Source: Chlorokybus atmophyticus
Taxonomy: Eukaryota; Plantae; Mesostigma and Chlorokybus algae
Direction: 5' to 3'
Assembly (NCBI GenBank): GCA_009103225.1
Contig: RHPI01003116.1
Span: 124,001-188,000, forward strand
DNA: 64,000 nucleotides
Shown here: positions 18,275-28,600 of the stretch, piece by piece
Position numbering within the stretch: position 1 is the stretch's first letter
How the letters are laid out: every line of letters starts with the position of its first letter
The notes under the pieces: model-generated
Database searches by the model: none
Seen by the model: the letters and a program-made list of their open reading frames with translations, nothing else
What the model was told of the DNA's origin: nothing
Program-made: the position numbers and the translations under genes

Positions 18275-18959
18275 GCTGCTGTTGTGTTGGAGGTGTTCTT
18301 ATTGTCTTCGTTGCAGTTGTTGTTGACACGTTATGACAGAGTTCCCAGCTTACAGCAGCGGGCCGTCAGGTCAGCTACTCCTAGCACATAGCATGACAGG
18401 CGGCGGCATGCACAATGCGACTGACGTGACTATCACATCTACAACTACTGGCAGCATATCCTGTACACAAACGTCAGTCCTCATGTATCCACCCTCAAGT
18501 CACTGACACAGCGGAGAGTCTCCAGGCTGCGCCGTTCTAGGCTGAGCAAGCTGTTACGTCAACGCGGCACGCGCTACACTACAGTCTGCCCTTGATATAA
18601 GAGCCAAGTTCGGAAAGCGCCTGAATGCTCCTATGAAGATGCTCCCAAGTGCCCTTACCGTCTATGTCATTGCTGTTACCAAGCAGATGGCATTGCAATG
18701 CTCATGCATTGGAATGCCATCTGGCAGAGTACGTATTCTGCACAACCGATGATAAATCAAGATAAACTTCGCCATTACCACGTGGTTGAATTATATGAGA
18801 TTATGATGTTAGTTCAACCCATCATGCTTTTGATTATTATTAATATAATACATGATCGTGCTGTTGCCAAGGCAGCACGATGTTAAAAAGCTGTACACGT
18901 TGGTAACACGTAAAACATCTCTCTTGAATAGTTGAACATATGCAAATATGTTATCGTGA

Positions 18960-19138
18960 GCATGTTGAAGCTCTCCAATTAATGCTTTAACGATGAATTC
19001 GACCTAGCTGCGGTCGAATTCATCGCTAAAGCTGTTAATCACCTGCAATGCCATTGAACCCTTTATATATGAGGCATTACCGGCTTTGCTACAAAGCCTT
19101 AAGTGGTTCTTGAAGTTGTCAATGTCACAAAGGATTTG

Positions 19139-19169
<31 letters not shown>

Positions 19170-20005
19170 GTATATATATACATGTATATACATATATACT
19201 TGAGATAATACAACACGATTGTAAAGCATTAAATGATTACATGGCATATAAATGGCATATATCGTTGTGCTCCAAATTGTTCGTAACGAGCGCGGGAAAA
19301 ATATGCAATTTGTTTTTGGTCAAAACCCTACAAAATTATACATTTCAATGCATTTGCAATGGAATGCCTAGTTGCTGCCGCCGAGCAGGGGGGGTAAGGC
19401 TTTGTAAAGTGACCTTCCATAATTATTTATTTAATAAACAATCCGTGGCACTACGGTACATGCCATTGTAAATGTAACTCATAGATCGCAAGGTCATGTA
19501 ATGTTTTTTTGCAATATGATTGATTGGTATAGAGTAGACACATATTTCTCATGCATGCATTTTTTGCAGGCAGCTTTGATCGAGCTTTGCTTTAAGTAAA
19601 AAGACTCATTGCATAAAACACGCGGGGCGATAAAGATGACAGTAATACATAAAATCAAAATGTTGTAATATATATATATATAATCGTAAACTTCTCAACA
19701 CACGATTTCATGAACCTTAACCGACATATATGCTGCCCATTTACAACCTTATATGTCCCGAACGTACCTTTTTGTCTTAAGCTGAAGATTAAGCCTTATG
19801 CCACATCATCATGAACTACGGTGGTACTACGTCACAGCACTACCTTAGTAGTGGGTAATACCCACCACGATGTACACAACTTGGTGGTGAACATACATAC
19901 CTGTTATGGATGCAATGCCATTGAACCCTTTATATATGAGGCATTACCGGCTTTGCTACAAAGCCTTAAGTGGTTCTTGAAGTTGTCAATGTCACAAAGG
20001 ATTTG

Positions 20006-20053
<48 letters not shown>

Positions 20054-20880
20054 CATGTATATACATATATACTTGAGATAATACAACACGATTGTAAAGC
20101 ATTAAATGATTACATGGCATATAAATGGCATATATCGTTGTGCTCCAAATTGTTCGTAACGAGCGCGGGAAAAATATGCAATTTGTTTTTGGTCAAAACC
20201 CTACAAAATTATACATTTCAATGCATTTGCAATGGAATGCCTAGTTGCTGCCGCCGAGCAGGGGGGGTAAGGCTTTGTAAAGTGACCTTCCATAATTATT
20301 TATTTAATAAACAATCCGTGGCACTACGGTACATGCCATTGTAAATGTAACTCATAGATCGCAAGGTCATGTAATGTTTTTTTGCAATATGATTGATTGG
20401 TATAGAGTAGACACATATTTCTCATGCATGCATTTTTTGCAGGCAGCTTTGATCGAGCTTTGCTTTAAGTAAAAAGACTCATTGCATAAAACACGCGGGG
20501 CGATAAAGATGACAGTAATACATAAAATCAAAATGTTGTAATATATATATATATATAATCGTAAACTTCTCAACACACGATTTCATGAACCTTAACCGAC
20601 ATATATGCTGCCCATTTACAACCTTATATGTCCCGAACGTACCTTTTTGTCTTAAGCTGAAGATTAAGCCTTATGCCACATCATCATGAACTACGGTGGT
20701 ACTACGTCACAGCACTACCTTAGTAGTGGGTAATACCCACCACGATGTACACAACTTGGTGGTGAACATACATACCTGTTATGGATGCAATGCCATTGAA
20801 CCCTTTATATATGAGGCATTACCGGCTTTGCTACAAAGCCTTAAGTGGTTCTTGAAGTTGTCAATGTCACAAAGGATTTG

Positions 20881-20928
<48 letters not shown>

Positions 20929-22500
20929 CATGTATATACATATATACTTGAGATAATACAACACGATTGTAAAGCATTAAATGATTACATGGCATATAAA
21001 TGGCATATATCGTTGTGCTCCAAATTGTTCGTAACGAGCGCGGGAAAAATATGCAATTTGTTTTTGGTCAAAACCCTACAAAATTATACATTTCAATGCA
21101 TTTGCAATGGAATGCCTAGTTGCTGCCGCCGAGCAGGGGGGGTAAGGCTTTGTAAAGTGACCTTCCATAATTATTTATTTAATAAACAATCCGTGGCACT
21201 ACGGTACATGCCATTGTAAATGTAACTCATAGATCGCAAGGTCATGTAATGTTTTTTTGCAATATGATTGATTGGTATAGAGTAGACACATATTTCTCAT
21301 GCATGCATTTTTTGCAGGCAGCTTTGATCGAGCTTTGCTTTAAGTAAAAAGACTCATTGCATAAAACACGCGGGGCGATAAAGATGACAGTAATACATAA
21401 AATCAAAATGTTGTAATATATATATATATATAATCGTAAACTTCTCAACACACGATTTCATGAACCTTAACCGACATATATGCTGCCCATTTACAACCTT
21501 ATATGTCCCGAACGTACCTTTTTGTCTTAAGCTGAAGATTAAGCCTTATGCCACATCATCATGAACTACGGTGGTACTACGTCACAGCACTACCTTAGTA
21601 GTGGGTAATACCCACCACGATGTACACAACTTGGTGGTGAACATACATACCTGTTATGGAACGCCATTGAGGATTCCAAACATGTCCTTAAATTCAAGTC
21701 GCTAGCAGGCACTTCGTTTTGCGATAGCCTATCTAAGAATACAATCAGTTTATCAATCTTATGCTATACCATGATGTTGTGGTGACGTCATAAGTCGTTA
21801 AATTTATTGTGTTTTTGTAGTCGCTTAATATCATACTCGTGGTAATACAGCTCGCATGTGGGAGGGAGCTTTTTTGCGTCTTGAGGCTGCAGGCAAGGGT
21901 GTTGCAAGCTTCGACGTACAAAAGACTATTGAAATGCAGGCCCATAAGGGCGTGAACCCATTACAAAAGGCGCATGATAAGCTACCGTAGTGACGTCGCT
22001 TGAAAGTCAAGCACAACCAGTCTATTATTAACTTCTATGCATATTCCGTCAATGTGCTACAATTTGATTAACCCCAACATGACCTTGTCACAGATACAGG
22101 CGATGGACAAGTACTGGGCAACTTTGCCTGAGGACACAGTCAAGCAATCGACTTTCAAAAAGGGACTCGAGCATTTCACGCATGCCGCCCATGACTGTAC
22201 GAAGCGCACAATTGTGCATTACGACAACATGCATGCATAATCAACCTGGCACGGATGTCAGCTGTTGTTGGCAGTAACTGGCCCTCTGACTCGTCCACTC
22301 CCGTTGCGGAAACTGGCACTGGCAAAAACAATATCAAGCGCGGCCGCCTTGATGTAGCAAAGGCAAGCTGCCCTTTAACAAACAGTAGTTGAAAAAACTT
22401 GCAACCAGCACCCAGGAGGCACCGTGCCGCTGAGGACTTCTAGCTTCACAGCTGAAATTCGTCTGAAGTGCGAGGAGAAAGCCACCGTGTGGCGAACTAC
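18960..22500 (+). pseudogene. Decayed coding-like sequence of unknown family (degenerate transposon, viral or host gene) in an AT-rich island
   Basis: Protein-like frames broken by scattered stops: FNDEFDLAAVEFIAKAVNHLQCH*TLYI*GITGFATKP*VVLEVVNVTKD; IMNYGGTTSQHYLSSG*YPPRCTQLGGEHTYLLWNAIEDSKHVLKFKS; YHTRGNTARMWEGAFLRLEAAGKGVASFDVQKTIEMQAHKGVNPLQKAHDKL; NLINPNMTLSQIQAMDKYWATLPEDTVKQSTFKKGLEHF. Intron-like GTAAGG..TTTTGCAG signals are also present. Confidence 0.45.
19044..21660. repeat. Tandem triplication of an 867/875/875 bp unit
   Basis: Units start at 19044, 19911 and 20786 (TGCAATGCCATTGAACCC). Copies differ mainly in (TA)n length. The junction has microhomology CAATGCCATTGA / AACGCCATTGA (~21660). 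Confidence 0.95.
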
Positions 22501-25500
22501 CTCAAACCCAATAACAAGCATATCGCATTTGACGCTGGGGTGGAGCACTGTTCTACTCTAGACCGAGCTTTACAACCACACCACGTAGACAGCTTGAACC
22601 ACTTGGACACTAAGCAGACCGTCAAGCAGAACGTGGGAGTAGGTCGATCAGCATGGCAAGAGTCGCGTTGTGGACGGTCAATGTAACGCCGGCCCAAGCT
22701 TGACACACTTGAGAGACGCCAAGTAACTCACAACACTCTCATGGACACTTGTGCACGAGGCTACTCATGTGTAGTCTTCTCACAACACTCACTAGCTAAC
22801 GATAACTTATTATAACTTGAAGTCACTCTCAACTTGCACTGGGCTATGCCACTTCGTAGCCCTCTTCGCTTAAAAATGGAAGTAACGCCACCCTATGCTT
22901 GAACACTTAGTTCTCGCATAAGAGGGTCTTGCATTCTACTTCGTGCAAGCACTTACTCTCATTGTGGAAACACTCATGAAAGTGTTAGCAACGTACACAC
23001 ACTCACACACAAGTGTTAGCACTCTCACACCGTGCATGCACTCATGCACAACTTGAAGTGCAAATGCTATCTCACCGTGCATGCACTGTATGCACTGTGT
23101 GTAAGTGGCACTTACATGTGTAAGTGGCACTTACACATGCAAGTGTACACACTCACACACGTGTGTTACACAAGGGCAAGCTTAACTCCATGAGGTTGAA
23201 GAGCTTTGGCATTGAGGACACATTTCGATATTTGTGGCTAACTAGCCCACATTAATATCTGTACCATAGACACCTGCACATATGATGTTACATATAGGAT
23301 ATTAACATTTACAATATAAACATTTGTGGCTAACTGTTCCACACTGATGTCTGTCTTGTAGCAGCAAGCACACATGCTTGTTAATTGTCTACCTCACGTA
23401 TGTCCAAGCACCTAAAGCGTAACTACTAGCCGCGTACTAGTCAACAACCTATTGTGACGCCTACCACACACTTACATGTTCATATATGTAGCAGACTTTA
23501 ACAAAGAACAACAGTTACCCAGTGTTGTCAACAACCTCCCACATGGGCCGGACGTGAGAGGCCCTTCCTCATTGAATGAGGAAGGGCCCCTTGAACAAAA
23601 GGGCTAGGCACCTCACACACAAGAGTAGAGTAAGTCCACTTGAGCTCCATTGATCAACACATTGTTGGCAACGCCCATATATACTCCCCCTTGCTGCCCT
23701 CCGACTTAGCACAAACAATGGTAAGGCTCCGTACCTTCCACATGCGTGTAGACCAGCCAGTAAATTAGGCAATCTTATCCCTTTATTTTGGGTCTGCTGC
23801 ATGGCAGCATCAGGTGACAACGTCACATCGATGTGTTATGGTTTGACCATGTCATATCAGCACCGCGCAGCTCTGTGCTAGCCCACTCACGCCTTGTGCA
23901 GTTCATGCTAAAGGCCGCATGGGCTCAAGGGCAGGGTGTGCATGAGCACACCTTATAAGCACTACACATGCTCATGAAGCTTAAGCGAAATCCTCACACA
24001 GTCTGACTTATTACCACAAGTAAGTACTCAAGAGTGAGGCGCCCTGCCCTGTGAACGTAACACATGCGGAGCGCAGCAAGATGGCAAAAGCATATGTTAG
24101 ACCCGGACGACATCTATGAGCAGCATGCATAATGACGACGATGATGGTGACTTACAATGACGACAACGGTGACGACCACAACTGCATTGCCCCTTGCGCT
24201 AAACAGCCCACTGCCATAGCTTTTACCCTTGTCCACCCGTCCTATCATAATGCCCTTGTGCAGCCGACGAATGGCTTACGACCCGTCACGGCGTCAAGTG
24301 GTTGGTTCATTGAGGTAGGCAATGGCTGCAGCCCAATGTAGTGCAATTGAGCTGTGCACGACTTAGCCATGCGTGACTCAGGACCACGACTGCGCAACAT
24401 GCGTAATGACACACTCAGGACGCGATTAGCACATTACAGCACATTATGTAACGATGCATGCACTAAAGGACAAGCACACTCCATTCAGTAGCCCCTGGCA
24501 AACATGCGGGCAGAAGTTCTGCTCCCCATAATGCTCACCTCTTACTCATCTAAGAGTCAACATTACCTGTTGTTTGCACTAAGGGTAGCCAACCTCTTGC
24601 ACACCTGCTGAAAGAGGTGTTTGTATATTGTCACGTATACCATCCTCTTATGACTATACACTGTATGGTGGTTTTTTTGATAATCCACATGTGCAGCTTA
24701 GCGCAAGCACACTCTTCACACAGCCCTTTTGGTGCATGGCAAGCAGTTGTTCTGTCATGTCATGCACAAGATGTGACCGATAAGCGCTCAGCCTCTAAAA
24801 AAGTTTGCACTGAAAAAATATCATAACCCCCAACTTCGTTTGCTTTGGGATGTTAGTGCCAAGGTGAGGGGCTCTATGTGCATGATACAAGCAGAGTTGC
24901 AAGCGTGGTTATGAAGTGGCGAACTTTATGACACTGGGATCATTAATGCCATGACGGAAATCGTGTCGATAGCATAACTGCTAATGATGATATAGCTACC
25001 CTGTCACGCACACGCAGCACACGCATACCAGCACAACCCTTTTGTGCACACGCAGCACACGTAATCACCAACGCCCATGTGGGCAGGTGATTACCAACTG
25101 CATATTGACTGCTGCATGTCTAACGGGGTAGAGGCAGTAGATTAGCGTGCTAGTAGTAGCCCGGTGGTCAACTAAATGTCATTTGTACGACACCTTGCAT
25201 GTGTTGCTGCGTGCTGACTGGACTACACGTTGTGCATGCGCATGCATGTCCTGCATTTGATGTACACGCGCACATACGCATGCACGCATGACGTCCACGT
25301 GTTTGCAGAGCATTTCAGGCTGGAATTACCTTATGTAAGGATTATCATTACATGCCGTGTAGCATTTAACTGTCAAGATCACACGCGAGCAACTCCACTA
25401 TGCAAACAATACATGTGGTAGCACTTGTCGTGAAAGACCGCTAACCATCAACAATCATCGAGGGTATGTAACTCACTTCCATTGCTTACCCATATCGCAA

Positions 25501-25647
25501 CATGCATTGCCTCACTGTCATCGTTAGGTTATGCGTCTTCAAACATTGCTTGATGTCAATGACAATAATCTTACCTAGATTGCAAATACAGCTTATTGTT
25601 TTTTTCCACCTATGCATATATACCATCTAAGCGGGGTTTGATGTACA

Positions 25648-28600
25648 CTACAATGTGGCGGGAGTCTCCGCCCTTATGTCACCACCAATCAAATACCTAA
25701 AGTTCCAATCATAGGTTGCGCTGGCGTAGCTACGGGATGGCCGCTTGCCACACGCCGCGACACGCCGCATGAGCATCTCATTCCCTTCCGCCGGCAGCTT
25801 TGAAGCCACCCACTCCAAAAGGCTGCGCGCATCATGGGAGAAATCCCGCGCGTACCACCCTAACACCTGCATGTCATAAGTTCAAACTATGCACTCAAAT
25901 ACGTGCGAATTGGTACACACATGCACATATGTGTATGTGTTGGTACAGGGTGCACGCGTGTGTCCACCTTGGGCAAGATGATCTTCTTGTGCTGGAAGCC
26001 AACAGCTGCGAGCAGGTACTCTCGTGTAGCAGTCTCAAGCTCTTCTCGAATGCTAGCAGCTTGATACACGCGCAACTGCCCACAGTTGTATCATGTCAAC
26101 ACCATACTAACCACAGGCAATGCTGATTAACGTGGGGCAATGCCATACCAGAGGCCCGCTGACTGCTGCAGTAGCCAATGCAAAGCTCACAAGCGGCTCA
26201 GGCCGCTCCAACATGGCCACCGTGCGGGGATCCTTGGGTCTGCATTGTTATATGCATAAGCTGACTGACTGTACACAGACAGCACAAAAGTATTGGCTCC
26301 GCATCTAATTACCTGAACCTATGGACAGGGAGTAAGCCTGCCAACACAGGCCGATGGGACTCGCCTCGTAACACTGCATGTTCAATGTCAAGCGCAGAAA
26401 ACGTCATCTTATCAATGGTATACGCTGCTCGCTTCATCAGAGATATGCGCTTGATGATGGTCTTGGGAACGCCCTGAGGTAAACAACCATACATTGAGGA
26501 AGGCACATGGTTGTAGCTATACATAACACGAAGGTAAGCATGCCTGGGCATAAGCCACATGACAGCAATGCAAGTGGCATGGCGCACGCATCGGATGCGT
26601 GTGGGAGCTTACCATAACGAGGCATGCGTGCATGAGCAAAGCATTGTACACGTTGAGCCAGAAACACAGCTTCTGGTTGTGAGATAGCGCTGTCAGCTTC
26701 ACATGCTCCAATTGTGCCGCTGTCTGTTTGTGAACACAAGCTGTTATGCAACAGTTACCACAGACTGGACGCTATCCAACACATAATAGCATGCAAACAC
26801 CGACATGCCTGCATGTACAGGGAGTACTTGTTGATTTTCTGCAGTTCACGTATGTTGGTTCGCAGCTGCGTGACTTCCTCGCAGCTTTCGTAGAGGGAAC
26901 GCACATCCTCCGACCATAACAAACATCTGCAAGTAGACCACATGTCAGAGGGCACGCATTCCAAATATAAATCACAGACATATGCATTCACATTCACAAG
27001 CACTGACTTGTCGCCACGAGTCCCGTACAAATCCGGCCGACTACTACGCTGTGTACTGTTGTTGTGTCGAACAACAACATCCACAACATCTCGATACAAC
27101 TCGACCATGCGCCGCACAAGCTCTGCTGACATCTCGCAAGCGTCCGACACTGGCAGTTCTGGCAGCTCGCTTGCACGTGCCGCCGCCAGGCCATCAACAG
27201 CCTGCCACAAATGCGCACGTGTGCCTGAGCTACCAGTACACTACTGACACTACTACGGGGGGCTATCAAGGCCAAGCTAACAAATCTGTGTGTGCTGTTG
27301 TTGTTGTGGTGGTGGTTGTGTGCTGCTGTGTGTTGCTCAAGATCGGGCCTTGTGACAACACACAACACAACTTTACAAACAACCACTCATATGCAAGAGG
27401 CCACCGAGTGGTCTGCATGAACCGAAGCCAACCACACTGTAACAAGAGCCACTCAAAAACTACACGTCCAGAAGATTAAGTACCTGCTGCAGAGTGTTGA
27501 GAATGTGCAGTTGTTTGGCATCATAGAAGGGGGCGTTCTGTGGCCGATTAAAGTCACACATGGCGAGCACCGCCTCCGCAACCTAAGACACATACACACA
27601 TGTGCGCACACACAACTGGTTTTCAGTCAAGTCAGCAACCTGCTTGCAAACTACATTGTTCTGACTGCGAGCGAGTATGACGTGAATAAGGTGAAGAGAT
27701 GTTGGGTTACGCAAAGTCCGCACGAAGGTTAAGGCATGCTATGGTGTTACCTGAATGTCCACTGGGGCTGTCGGGTCCACAATGTCGCCGGCATGCATCC
27801 GTCGCACTTCTTCGATCAACGCCGCGCGATGCACGGGAGAGTTCTGCACCGACAGTCCCTTCGCAGGGCTGACCGCAGTGTTCATGACAAGTTTGCGGGG
27901 CGTTGTTGCGGAGCCAGAAGCCCCTTTGTTGTGCTGTTGCTGCTGCTTGTGACTGCGCAGCCTTGGCGTGTTGTGCCACTGCCAGCCGGGCCTTTCAGAT
28001 ACGCACATTCCAACAACCCGAACAGAGCAACATCAGCCCCAATCAAGCAAACAATACACTCACCTGTTGGTTGCACGAGTCACAGAAAGCCTCTCCGCAT
28101 GTCACGCAGAACACTGATGCTAAAGTGTCACGCGAGTCGGCTTGGCATATGCCACATAGATAGCTTGCTCTGCGTACGACAAAGCTCAAGTTAGGAATGT
28201 ATCACCGGTACAAAAGCAGTATCAACCCAACAACAACAACCAAATTCACACTGCCATGCGAGCGCCTGTAGCCCNNNNNNNNNNNNNNNNNNNNNNNNNN
28301 NNNNNNNNNNNNNNNNNNNNNNNNNNNNNNNNNNNNNNNNNNNNNNNNNNNNNNNNNNNNNNNNNNNNNNNNNNNNNNNNNNNNNNNNNNNNNNNNNNNN
28401 NNNNNNNNNNNNNNNNNNNNNNNNNNNNNNNNNNNNNNNNNNNNNNNNNNNNNNNNNNNNNNNNNNNNNNNNNNNNNNNNNNNNNNNNNNNNNNNNNNNN
28501 NNNNTCCTCCCCGCCCCAACAACAACAATAACAACCGCAACCACCCGCTTTCTGCGTACCTTCCAGATGTTGAGAGTTTATCGGCTGCCATGGAAAGGAT

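Noticed and set aside
19200-19640. Faint Ulp1/C48 protease-like wording on the minus strand (KLHIFPALV, FDQKQIAYF)
   Set aside because: No intact H-W, D or QxNxxDCG motifs; the + strand frame looks more coding-like.
19044-21660. Possible CRISPR-like array
   Set aside because: The units are ~875 bp contiguous tandem copies with no short repeat/unique spacer structure, and the context is eukaryotic with no cas genes.
18960-22500. Stop-codon readthrough, selenocysteine or an alternative genetic code in the broken ORF
   Set aside because: All three stop types and frameshifts occur, no SECIS is evident, and neighbouring genes use the standard code; mutational decay is simpler.
27484-27978. DEP domain before DUF547, as in plant glutaredoxin-DEP-DUF547 proteins
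   Set aside because: No recognisable DEP core (F.G.e.v.WL); only a short LN-containing segment resembles the linker.
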